DNA of 63,585 bases, counting the filler, from Octopus bimaculoides (Eukaryota): the NCBI RefSeq assembly GCF_001194135.2. It is 5 parts of 5 records of this genome, joined end to end, with 100 filler letters (N's around TTAATTAATTAA, not from the genome) between each part and the next. Parts side by side here need not be neighbours in the genome. Positions count along the whole stretch, not along the records: positions 1 to 20,694 come from NC_068995.1; 4 more parts are not named here. One strand, 5' to 3'. The notes under the pieces were generated by a model. That model was given only the letters and a program-made list of their open reading frames with translations, ran no database searches and was not told where the DNA came from. The translations under genes and the position numbers were made by a program. How positions within the stretch are numbered: position 1 is the stretch's first letter; every line of letters begins with the position of its first letter. Positions 1-11,622 of the stretch are shown here, in pieces.

Positions 1-719
1 AAGTAATTTTGTATGTACTTTTAATATCTGTCATTACAGTATCGAAATGTGATTTGATACTGAAATAGTTTTCTTTTTCTCCTTCCTTTATTTTTGTATT
101 TGTTGTTGGAGTTTTCGTAAAGGCTCATTAAGAGAAAGTAGGAGTTGAAAGGATTTGTATTAGAAAGAGGAAATTAGATTTTATTAGGGAGAAAATGTTT
201 ACTCGTGTAGTTTTACGGATTTTATTCATTATTAGGAAATATTTGGAGTGAAAAAATGACGCAGTGACCTAACTTATTGTATTTAGAATATTAATTGCGA
301 TTGTTTAATCGAAGAAATTTTGAATTGTGTAAATGTATGAATTTTAAACATACACACACAGAGAGTAGATTTGCCTTTTATAGTATAGATACATACATAT
401 ATATATATATATATACATACATATAATGGATCATGATTCAAGTGAATAAGGCACTAAAATCGTAAGACACGAAATACATGAGTACACAAAAAAAAAAGAA
501 ATAGATGAACACATACGTATGAACAGAAGTACAGAATGATTTTCAGGTTATGTATAAAATTAACTCGGAATATTTACTAAGAACTCTGTGAGCCCTAGTG
601 CTAATCAGGAAACGCACATTACAATAAATATACGGTCCATAATACATTTGGGAACCATACGAAGAGAAGGTCCAGAGTGAGATGAATAATAAATACATAA
701 CAGCAGATGGATAATGTAT

Positions 720-1290
720 ATACGGGGGCGGGGGGTACTGCAAAGAAACCGGAATTTTGCTATATTTTTTTATTAACTTACTTTTACATTTACAATTTTA
801 TCGCCTTCAAAGTATTTTTCATTTGAAGCAATGCATCGATCCGGGTGCGTTTTCTACTATTCGAAACAGTGCTGGAACTCTTGCAAAGTGACACCATTTA
901 ACGCCTCTGTCGTGTTTATCTTCACCTCTTACACATCAGCGAATTCCGTAGTACCTGCTTTTATTACCAGTGATTACCTTCGTAAAAAGCTCCGGATCAA
1001 CTTCCAACTGTTCTTTCAGTTTACGACACCCATTCAGTTGTGGCTGTTTTTGATCATCCGTGAGGAAGCGAGGTACAAATGTTGCTGCAACTCTTTTCAT
1101 TCGCAATTCCTCAAGCAAAATTTCTTGACAGCAGCTCCTGAACACACAAGTCATATCAAGTTCGTCAATTTCTCGGTGACCGTCCTCCAAGATGAGTTCA
1201 TGTATTTTCATAATGTCTCCATTCGCTCGGGAGGTCGACAGTCATCCTGACAAGGTTGGTTTTCAAGTGAAAATTGTCCATTCCTAAAGA
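720..1290 (-). mobile_element. Mariner-type transposon relic, internally deleted (non-autonomous)
   Basis: Minus-strand ORF 936-1211 reads ...MKRVAATFVPRFLTDDQK...ELFTKVITGNKSRYYG, matching the mariner WVPR/ITGDE region. It then jumps straight to the C-terminal segment. The terminus at ~720 is flanked by TA. A homologous copy lies at 7255-7522. Confidence 0.8.
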
Positions 1291-1320
1291 AGGAGAACCC
1301 AGGTTCGAAATGTCCCTAAC

Positions 1321-1364
1321 ACACCTAATGAAGGCTGGAGGGCATATCAGCTGAGGCGTTGTAT
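1321..1364 (+). ncRNA. Degenerate type I hammerhead ribozyme motif in a PLE-like terminal repeat
   Basis: ACAC-CTAATGA-A-GGCTG(loop)CAGCT-GAGG-CG-TT-GTAT. Stem II is intact, but the core carries CTGATGA>CTAATGA and GAAA>GAGG. Confidence 0.4.
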
Positions 1365-1454
1365 TAATAACAAACAAGATGAGGACAAATATTCCTCAAA
1401 TGTAAATTATCTAAATAATGTACATAATTCCTCATCTCTAAATATAGAACTGTA

Positions 1455-2640
1455 CTTTAAAATTTCAAACAAATTTATTCTAATAAGGGGCAAGACCGCC
1501 TTTGGCATTAATTGCAGCTTGAATTCTACGAGGTATGGACTTGTACAAAGTTTGAATTGTTTCTAAAGGAATTTTTGTCCATTCTTCATATTAACAGTCT
1601 GCAGTGATGATGGTGGAGGATACCGACTTCTTACTTGTTTTTCTTAAATGCACCATAAATGTTCAAAAATATTGAGATCTGGATAAAATGTGGCCAGATA
1701 AAATTTTCAACTACACTGCAATGTTTCTCGTGCCATTCAGTAACAACTTTAGCTTTGTGAATTGGACCATTATAATCCTGAAAGATTCCGCAACCATAGG
1801 ATGAATGTGATCAGATAAAATGCTTAAATAGTCTTGGCTATTACTTCTGCTATGAAGGGAAACATTGGGCCGGCAATTTCAAAGGTATAGGCCTCCAAAT
1901 CATCACCGACCCTCCTCCATATTTAACAGTTGGAAGAAGACAGTCTGGGTCAAATTCTTCTTTTGGCTGTCTCCAGACGTATACTCGGCCGGTGGTCGGA
2001 AGTAAGGTTAATGATGACTCGTCCGAGAAAATAACATTCTTCCACTGCTTTAGGGAGAAATTCTATAGGTTTTTACTCCACTCTAAACGCTTTGCAACGT
2101 TTGATTTTGAAAGTAGTGGTTTTCTTATTGCATCCCTCCCGTGAAATCCGGCTTTTTGCGAACAGTTTTTGTGGAAACTGGTTTATCGAGGTGGTCATTA
2201 AGCTCTGCAATAATTTTGGGAGCTGTACTTTTGTGATCCTTTCTAACAATTCGCGTAATAGTCCGACGGTCCCTATCTAAAAGTTTTGGTTTTCTTCTGG
2301 AGTTTTGCTTCGACGAAGAGGTTTTCCTCTTTATCAAAGGCTGTCATTACTTTCGAGACAGTACTTCTTGATACAGCAAACATTTAGGCTGTTTTCGTTA
2401 CCCCTGCCATACGAGTACCAACAATTTTACCTCTTTCAAAGTCCAATAGATCTGTCATTTTAATGAATTTTAATGACCTTTTTCTGATGTTATCTGAAAA
2501 GTAGCAGCAATTTTAGCAAAACATATTAAGCAACACTAATAATAAATAAAAAAAACATAAAAGTAAACAAGCTTTTGACGGCTATATAGATATTTCACAA
2601 TCATGATGCTAGGTGTTTCCATTATTTTGTCCAACCCCTG
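1455..2640 (-). mobile_element. Tc1-family DNA transposon, degenerate, one TIR retained
   Basis: Transposase fragments: HTH RKPKLLDRDRRTITRIVRKDHK, then IFSDES, FQDYNGPIH and IPRRIQAAINAKGG. TIR CAGGGGTTGGACAAAATAATGGAAACACC at 2612-2640 (minus strand). Confidence 0.9.
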
Positions 2641-2648
2641 TTTAAACA

Positions 2649-2719
<71 letters not shown>

Positions 2720-2785
2720 NNNNNNNNNNNNNNNNNNNNNNNNNNNNNNNNNNNNNNNNNNNNNNNNNNNNNNNNNNNNNNNNNN

Positions 2786-2834
<49 letters not shown>

Positions 2835-3899
2835 TGCGTGTGCTTTTGTGATTGAATTTTTGTATATGTTATTTTTCTCTGAATAGATACACTTATCCAT
2901 AATAAGTTCCATTAACCATTATTTTTTCACTTAGTTACTTACAAGAATCTATTTGAAATAGATATTACTCCATCGAATTACTTTATCCCAGTTTGTAGTT
3001 AATTTACTGTCATGTCATGTGTACTCAACTAAAATTATTGTATCGAAATTAGATCGTGATTAATAACTAATTTCTTTTAGAAATATATGGGCATATATTA
3101 TGTGCACTTTATTAATCAATACACTACTGGTTTACAATATCGTCTATTGATTTATTCTTAATAGCATTCACTTTTGTCTTTTGTACATATAAATTATATA
3201 GCTGATCTCTCGTACTCTCATGGGGAATTGGTTTTTGTGAAATTGTTCGTAAATATAACAAGTTAAGAGTTACTGAAATCGCCTCTATAGTAATATAATA
3301 ACATTCTTAATAAAATAATGACTTCACAAGGGAAAATTATATATCATATATAATTAAAGTACTATATCAATATTTAATATTAAGCTTTTACTTTTTTAAA
3401 TTAGTTAAGTTTACTTACATAATGCATAATAAATGAAAAGTAGTTTCCTAAAGGGGCAAGGGTGGGCATGAGAAAGGAACACAAAATATTGAATGCGTTG
3501 AGAAAAAGAGAGACAGAGGTGGGGGGGGGGAGAAAATGGAGAGAAACAAAGTGATATATGTAGAAAAACAGAGGTTATTTTAAAATGTTTATGAAGCAAT
3601 ATACAAAGTGTTAACAAGTGAAAATAGTCAGTGTGTCCTTATGCAGCTAAATATTGATTCATTAATCAGAACTGGCGACAGATTTTATGAATTTTTCTGA
3701 ATGCTCACGAATCATATGTTTATAAGAAATTCCTTCTTCTCCATCTTTGATGAAGTTTTATATTTGCCTCAGCTTATAATATCATATAACTCTTAAACAA
3801 AAATCAAGACATTTTAATCGCTGTACATTAATCAGATATGCTAAAAGTTTAAGGCCTCATCATATTATTCAGCAATTTTAAAGTATCTGGCTCAAGAAA

Positions 3900-5027
3900 A
3901 TGAAAACAATAAAAGAGGCAACAATGATTTTAATGATTTTCTTATTTCTCATGGTGGCAGGAAATGTTGCATAAAACGTGAGATCTTTATTTTATGACTG
4001 CGTTAAAACAAAGAGACCTATTAGTCACAAAGACGACATTATAAACATAAATGTAACCCTTACCGTCTCAGATATTATTGAATTCAATATCCTGAAAAGT
4101 GTTATTGTAAGCACACTTACCCTTAAATTAAAGTCGCATGATATCTATCTTACCTGGAATAAAACAGCAACTAATGTAAAATATCGACATACTAATTTAA
4201 AGAACATATGGTATCCAGATGTTCATATACGTAACAGTGCAGAAGATAAATTCATATTTCAAAAGAATAAACAAGTTTTTATAAAATACGATGGAACGAT
4301 TAACTTACATATAGATGGAACTTACCGCATCTACTGCAGGATTGATATAGATAAATATCCTTTTGATGAGCACATTTGTTATTTATCGATTTGTTTAGGC
4401 ACAGAGATGGAGAATCAAGAAACGATAGGTAATTTTTTAATACAATACAACTTATAAACGCATATCAAATCGATGCGATTTTGAATTTGAAAGGATGGAC
4501 AACTCTGAAGGAAACGTTATAGCAGTTGGGGTTACAATTCATCTCAAACAAGAAGTTACCAATGCTGCTATAACAAGATTGCTACCTCCAATAACGTTAA
4601 CACTGCTTATCTTATTTGTATATATACTACCAGCTGAATCAGGTGAGAAACTTTCAGTTGTAATCACAATTTTTTTCGTCAATATTGTATATCTCTCTTA
4701 AACAGCAAATATTCTTGATCATAATTCTAAGGAGGCTTATATATACTTAATGTATCTCTTGATGCTAACACTTGCCAGTGGATTTTCTTCTCTCAAATCC
4801 ATAATTGTGAGTACAATTTATGTCCATCAAAATGCAACCGGAAGTACCTCATCACCAGAAATTAGAGCACAATCAACCATATCGAAAGATCACATGAAAG
4901 CAATACCGAATTAAAAAATTCTAATACCTGTCTGAAGTCTACCTTTAATTATCGAAAGCTTGATCTGATGTCTTTGTCAGTAACAGTTATATTTTTGGTT
5001 GTCTATAACATGTTTTATCCTCGTTGA
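3900..5027 (+). pseudogene. Pseudogene of an intronless atypical nAChR-like / chemotactile receptor paralogue
   Basis: Signal-peptide-like MKTIKEATMILMIFLFLMVAGNVA, then TAA at 3972-3974. Retains WYPDV, Cys-loop CRIDIDKYPFDEHIC, M1-M2 LPAESGEKLSVVITIFF and M4 YRKLDLM. Lesions: +1 frameshift ~4433-4440, TAA 4699-4701 in M2, and a further frameshift ~4860-4875. Colinear with 14102-15235. Confidence 0.92.
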
Positions 5028-5058
5028 CTGAGGAATGAAAACTTAATACATTATATAT

Positions 5059-5133
<75 letters not shown>

Positions 5134-5189
5134 TATATATATATATATATATATGTATGTATTCATGTATGTATAATTATAAGCAAGGG

Positions 5190-5745
5190 TAAAAGAAAAA
5201 AGATTTATATGCCAATATGCTGAAAATAGACTTTAAATCGTCAATCACCACATACAATATACATTCACTATGAATACAGGACGTACTGAAATCGAGGGAG
5301 GCAAGCTAACAGAATCTTTTTTAAAAATCGATGTCTCTATATTGAATCAATATCGGGATTAATCCAACGGATTTTTCCATCTTCTAAGTTGTGGTTCGTG
5401 ACCGATCACACGTGCGTTGAGGTTTGCTAAAGGATTTTATATTTACATATACCTGGGGTACTTATGTGTACACGTGACTCTTGCCTCTGCTTTTTTTCCA
5501 TCGGTGCTTGTAATTATTTCATTTATTTCTGATCGTAATCTCTACGGAAGAGGGAAAAATCCGTTGGATTAATCCCGAAATTGATTCAATATAGAGATAA
5601 CGAATTTAAAAAAACATTATTTTCGCTTGCGTTCCTTGATTTCATCACGACGTGTATTCATAGTGAATGTATATTGTATATGGTGATTAACGATTTAAAG
5701 TCTATTCTCAGCATATTGGCATAGAAATATTTTTTCTTTTGTCGT
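5190..5745. repeat. Long inverted repeat (arms ~5190-5385 and ~5545-5745), PLE pseudo-LTR-like
   Basis: TATGCCAATATGCTGAAAATAGACTTTAAATCG... reappears as its reverse complement ending ...CTCAGCATATTGGCATA. The arms contain the hammerhead motif. Confidence 0.85.
5538..5598 (+). ncRNA. Type I hammerhead ribozyme with one core substitution (U4>G)
   Basis: Stem I ATCTCTA/TAGAGAT (7 bp perfect); core CGGAAGA; stem II GGGA..AATCC-GTT-GGATT..TCCC; GAAA; stem III ATTG-ATT-CAAT; H17=A at 5591. A sister copy at 6403-6442 (minus) has the canonical CTGAAGA. Confidence 0.8.
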
Positions 5746-5843
5746 CGTTTATAATTGTTTCTAATTTGAACCTATAAAGGTATTTTAATATGTTGTTCAC
5801 TTTGATCGAATGTTTCGGAAAAAAATTTGATCCTATATTAGAA

Positions 5844-5894
<51 letters not shown>

Positions 5895-5925
5895 CATAAA
5901 TGTGTGTATATATATATATATATAT

Positions 5926-6975
5926 AGAAAAGACAAAAATAAAAATGAAAATGCACATCAAGTATAAAAATTAAAAACATTTTATGTACAAGGAAGAATT
6001 TAAATACAAACGATTAGTTGAATTAGGTTGGATAATGAGTCATTATTGATGATTTTTAAGAATTAAAAAGATAAAAATACCGGTTTCGCGACAAAGCGCT
6101 GCTCATATTTCTTTGACGAAGGTCGATATCAAAACGGTGTGAAAATGGTGTCAGGTCTAATAATCTCTGTTAGAGAGTTTTAGATGCAAGGGAGGTAAGC
6201 AGTTATAGAAGTGATATAATTGAGATAGAGAAATGAGATTATACTGGAGGGTAAGGGTGTTGGGATTATTGAGGTAGTAAGTAGAGTCCTGTGTCCGGTT
6301 GTGTGTCCATATTGAGTTTTGAATGATATTTATTGATGAAGAACGCTTCTTTATTTAGTCTTTGTTGCACCGAGGTGTTCTGTGAAAATTGGTAAAAAGG
6401 AGTTAATCCAACTGATTTTTCCCTCTTCAGTAGAGATTACGATAAGAAATAAATGAAATACTTACAAGCACCCATGGAAAAAAGCACAAGCGGGAGTCAT
6501 GTGCACATACAACTTCCTGATCTTCTATTTTTACCAATGTTCACAGAACACCTAGGTGCAGCAAAGACTAAATAAAGAGGCAGTCTTCATCAATAAATAT
6601 CATCCACAACTCAACATGAACACACAACCGAACACAGGACACTACTTACTTCCTCAATACTCCCAACACCTTTACTCTCCAGTATTATCTCATTTCTCTA
6701 CTCCAATTATATCACTTCCATAACTGCTTACCTCCCTTGCATCTAATTCTCTCTACTAGAGATTATTAGACCTGACACCGTTTTGATATCGACCAAAGAA
6801 AGATGAACAGCGTTTTGACATGAAACCGGTATTTTTATTTTGTAATTCTTTAAAAACAACAATAATGACTCATTATCCAACTTAATTGAACTAATTGTAT
6901 GTATTTAAATTTTTCCTTGTACATAAAACGTTTTAATTTTTATACTTGATGTGCATTTTCATTTTTTTCTTTTCT
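5926..6975. repeat. Long inverted repeat (arms ~5926-6400 and ~6528-6975) of a PLE-like 3' end
   Basis: The arms are clear reverse complements over ~450 bp. The right arm encodes QRLNKEAVFINKYHPQLN (GIY-YIG C-terminus-like) and has a GAAACCGGTA hammerhead remnant. The spacer is an inverted copy of 5462-5572. Confidence 0.8.
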
Positions 6976-7254
6976 ATCTATTTACACCACGTGTAGTCAG
7001 CTTTCCTTGAATCCACTTTCTATTATATATAGCATAATAATAAATGGAGGAAAACACATATAATCAATAAGTGCGTGTGTTCGTATTTGTGAGGCACTTA
7101 ATTTCTTAACAGTAGTTTATTTCAATAACCACGAATTAATTTTGTAATGAGTGTGTTTGCCTGCTACATTTGGCATTGCGTTACGTTTTATTTATTGCTG
7201 CCATAATTAATAATTTTTTCCGTGTATTTTATGAAGTATGTAAGTATTATGCAT

Positions 7255-7522
7255 TTTTTACGGAGCTTTTTACGAAGGTAATCACTGGTGATAAAAGTAG
7301 GTGCTACGAAATTTGCAGATGTGGAAGAGGTGAAGATAAAAACTACGGAGGCGTTAAAAGGTGTCACATCGCAGCAGTGTTTCGAAGAGTAGAAAACGCG
7401 CCCAAACCGATGCATTGCTTCACATCGAAAATACTTTGAAGGTGATAAAATAGTAAGCTTAAAAGTAAGTGAATAAAATAATATTGCAAAATTCCGGTTT
7501 CTTTTTGGTAACCCCACGTATA
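7255..7522 (+). mobile_element. Second copy of the internally deleted mariner family
   Basis: Reverse complement of ~720-990, with the same deletion junction after ELFTKVITGDKS. Ends ...AAAATTCCGGTTTCTTTTTGGTAACCCCACG-TA. Confidence 0.8.
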
Positions 7523-7605
7523 TACATTACCCGTCTGCTGTTATGTATGCATTATTCATCTCACTTATATGTATATATATATATATATATGAGTGAGATC
7601 ATCTC

Positions 7606-7697
<92 letters not shown>

Positions 7698-7728
7698 GTA
7701 AGATCATTTTACATAATTTGCTGGATAT

Positions 7729-8560
7729 GTGAATCCTTATTTTAGTAAAGTTTTTAATCATGCAATACATTCATGTCCAAACTGGTCAAATTTTTATCGT
7801 GAACTTCTAAACACTGTACGTAAGAAAACTCTTAATAGATTTTCCTATATATTAAGGTATCCCATTATGAGGTTGGTTTTAAGATTAATTTCTGTCCTTG
7901 TGCTATATATTGCTTTAAATATTCTCAATATAATATTATAAATTTGCTAAGGTATATCCTTCAATTCTCCCGTTTTCTTCAATTTTAATTTCTACCTCTA
8001 AAGTTATTAATTATCTCCTTTAGTTTATCATTATATTCCCATTTGATTCGATAATCCAAATAATTATTGGCTGCCCCTATCATTCTTTCTTCAATTTATC
8101 ACTCCGTCCCCATCAGGCATTCCCGTACTTCTAACCTAACCTTTTGTGTCGATAGATACATGTTTCCAGCACGTTGAGAGTCTAATAGATTGTCTGACAA
8201 TAATTGATTTCTCACCATTAACTGGAATACAGTTGACAGCTCACAATGGAATTAATTCTAAATGTTTGAAGACTATATTCTACTTAGGTATTCTAAATAT
8301 AAGTAACTAGGTCACCAGTCATTGCTATCCTGCCCTCCTCCCACTATTTCTTCTGCTACTCTCTAAATTATTGTACACATGATGTGATATTCATTATTTT
8401 CTAAATTCAATCTGCCATGAATATGACGAAAGAAACAATGTAAATATTTTGAGTTCCAATTTCGGTGTAAATATATTTAAAAATGGTTATATCTTTATGT
8501 TTAAAGTCTGTGCAGTCATCTGACGAAGAGGGTTTATTAGATGGAAGTCGCGTCAAGATA
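7729..8560 (+). mobile_element. Possible highly decayed Penelope-like fragment
   Basis: AIHSCPNWSNFYRELL resembles the PLE RT-thumb motif (RA..ICS....F..EL). A CTGACGA...CGCGTC hammerhead-like remnant lies at 8520-8554. Confidence 0.35.
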
Positions 8561-9045
8561 TGGCGTAAAGAAAAAGAATAGAATAAAGAGATATATAAAC
8601 ATGAATGAAAATTTTATTTATAAAATCATGAATGAAAATTAAAAAGTGTATAACTTAAATCATAATAAATCAATTAACTATATTGTAAACATTTTATAGA
8701 AATTTAAAATCTAAGTAATTATAGAGTCTAAAGAATAAGACTAAGATACATAAATTATATAATATATATCGAAAAAGCTAAAATACTATAATTAAATTAA
8801 TTGATTAAGATATTTATATTATTAATTTTATAAAAATCATATTGTCATTAGAATATTAATTCATAAAAATCACTAACATATTTTACGTACTAATAAATAC
8901 ACAATTAATAAATATAAATTATAACTACTACAAGTAGTAAAGTAGGAATAGTATATATACACACACACATATATATATATACACACACACACACACATAT
9001 ATATATACATACATACACATACAGACATATACACACATGTATATT

Positions 9046-9081
<36 letters not shown>

Positions 9082-9094
9082 CTCACACACAGAC

Positions 9095-9124
<30 letters not shown>

Positions 9125-9126
<2 letters not shown>

Positions 9127-10375
9127 ATAGATCAACTTATATAAATAATATAATTTATGTCTACATTTCATTTTACGTTCATCGAGAGAAACATTCAAAA
9201 TATTATTATTATAAAATAATATCTCCTTAAATTCATTAGTACACGACTTACAAAAATTATTTCCTATACGATAGGATTTCGCCTTACAAACTATCTTCCA
9301 ATGTAAAATGTACGTAATATTTTTAGATTTAAATTCCAAATTATATTTACTAAGTCCAGCAGAATTAATCAAATTTCTATTCTTAAAGGAATGCCTGTGT
9401 TGAGCAACCCGTAATTTAATTTCCGTAGAAGTCGATCCTACGTAAAACTTATTTAAATTATAACATTAAGTTTATTCCCGTCCATTAAAGTCACTAAACT
9501 TATATACACATCCTTCAAATTAAATCTATTATGAAATTTACATTTAGTCTTATCTCTACATGTATTATTATGTATTTCCTGGGTCTCCTCATTATTATTA
9601 TTAGAATAAATATTTAATTTATATTTGTAATACTTATTTAACTTAAATCTATTAAAAGAAGAGATAATGTTACCAACATTATTAATAGTAGAATAACCTA
9701 CACCCAAATTATTAGAAAATATATAATATTTTTTATTATCTCTAAGGAATATATCAATTAGGTTTAAAATTTCTTTAATAATGTTAGTTTTAATTTGACT
9801 GCCGTATGGAATGATTAGCCAAAGTTTGATCTTATAGATATTTATTATTTATTTATTATTTATTATTTATATTATTACATTTAATAATATCATTAAAAGA
9901 ATTAAAATTATATTATTAAATTTATTGTTATCATTAAAAGAATTAAATTTAAATCTATTATTGTGTTCATTAAAATTATGTTTATGTTTATGTAATTTAT
10001 TATAATACCTATTATACTTACCATAATTACCTAAATAGAGCTTATCATAATTATAAAGGTTATGTTTATTAAATGAATCATTAATATTATGATCATTATT
10101 ATTAAAATTATAATTATACTTCAGATTATTAAAAAATTGAATATCATTAGAATATCCCGCCTCACGAAGGGCTTTACTGTAATAAGGTGCATGTTTTTCG
10201 AAGATCTTTAAATTGTAGGAAAGTAATGATATGCTCTTACCTATGGTAAATGTTAACGATTTCTTAAATGAGGGTGTGATTTCTTTTCGAATGAATACAT
10301 TTAATATTTTCTTTAATCTTATGGTAAGGTTGGGTATTACCTCTTGATAAGTTAAAATTAGCATCTAAATAATTT
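9125..10375 (-). mobile_element. Penelope-like element, 3' part (RT thumb, linker, GIY-YIG endonuclease)
   Basis: APYYSKALREAGY; Asn-rich linker; KLWLIIPYGSQIKTNIIKEILNLID; VYISLV...KFYVGSTSTEIKLRVAQHRHSF; LSKY..W.I..KAKSY....CKSC..E....KCRH. Confidence 0.85.
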
Positions 10376-10440
10376 ATATTATAGTTCTCATTATATATAG
10401 TAATCAAAGCACCCACAAGAGAAAGTGAGAGCCACCCGTA

Positions 10441-10645
10441 ATTTATTATTTATTATTTATATTATTACATTTAATAATATCATTAAAAGAATTAAAATTA
10501 TATTATTAAATTTATTGTTATCATTAAAAGAATTAAATTTAAATCTATTATTGTGTTCATTAAAATTATGTTTATGTTTATGTAATTTATTATAATACCT
10601 ATTATACTTACCATAATTAACTAAATAGACCTTATCATAATTATA
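10441..10645. repeat. ~205 bp direct duplicate of 9851-10055 (Asn-rich PLE linker)
   Basis: Near-identical sequence starting ATTTATTATTTATTATTTATATTATTACAT in both places. Confidence 0.9.
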
Positions 10646-10649
10646 TAAC

Positions 10650-11465
10650 TGTTTGGCTCACTCTTCTCAATCAACGTCAAGACTTCTGTGGGAAGAATAT
10701 TCCTCAGTTTTGTAGACAAATACTTCACGCAAATACGCGGGTACGGACGTTTGGTCAATAGGCACAGCATAAGCGTCATGAAACGTAGATAGGCTAACTT
10801 CTTTAAAACGCCGAAGGAGCGCGGTTGCGCTTGTAGGGTGTACAATGAATGTCCTATGAGAGGCCAATGGAGTCACCTATGAGACTAAAGTGATACCCAG
10901 GCCTAGAGAACATATTAATGGCAGCAACAGACTATCCAAAGACATCGACGGTACGGGCATCAGCGATAGTGACAGAAACACCAGCATTGCCAACAACCCC
11001 AGCATTGGTACTACGGCCAGAGAGGATGACCACGCCAACACCAGCAACAACAGCAAGGCTCCATGACCAATATTACCAACAACAGTGTCTACATCACCAT
11101 TGCTGAATATAGCGCCACTGCAACAGCCAGTGCCGACCACCACAATGACAACAGGCGCAGCGATATCGCAGGACTCATGCGTCGCAATGATAACACCACC
11201 GACGGTAGTTCCAGCGACACTGGTGGCAACAATGACATCTCCGGGCCCGGAGCCAACCGAAGGTATGCCAGTAATGTGAGCACAACCAACACCCGAATTC
11301 GGAAAAAACATTGGGCAAGCCGGGACGGCCTTCAACCGTGGTGTCTACAACCACAAGTCCTGTTACATGATTCCCGAAAGACGATTCATCTCCATCCTGA
11401 CCATCCACGTGTGGTGACTCAAAGATGAAGGGACGCCATACGATATCAATTAGAGGATATTAAAG
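10650..11465 (+). mobile_element. Penelope-like element fragment of a second family (linker plus GIY-YIG)
   Basis: With frameshifts: VWLT..FSINVKTSVGRIFLSFVDKYF; GCACRVYNECPMRG; GVTYETKV; a long low-complexity insert; IGQAGTAFNRGVYNHKSC...LTIHVW*LKDEGTPYDIN*RIL. Confidence 0.75.
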
Positions 11466-11578
11466 TGTGTTTGTGAGTATGTTTGTGTGTATGAGAGGGT
11501 AAATGCGTGTATGTATGGGTATGTGTATATATATATATGTATGTATGTAGACACACACACACACACACACACATATAC

Positions 11579-11617
<39 letters not shown>

Positions 11618-11622
11618 TATGT

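Noticed and set aside
3972-3974. Rescue of the receptor pseudogene by A-to-I editing of its TAA stops
   Set aside because: Editing could turn UAA into Trp, but cannot repair the two frameshifts.
8520-8560. CTGACGA...GAAG-TCGCGTC hammerhead-like motif
   Set aside because: No usable stem II, and GAAA is mutated. Kept only as weak support for a PLE remnant.
10877-11335. 152-aa minus-strand hydrophobic ORF as a membrane protein gene
   Set aside because: It is the antisense shadow of the ACA/CCA-rich PLE insert. The plus strand carries the recognisable motifs.
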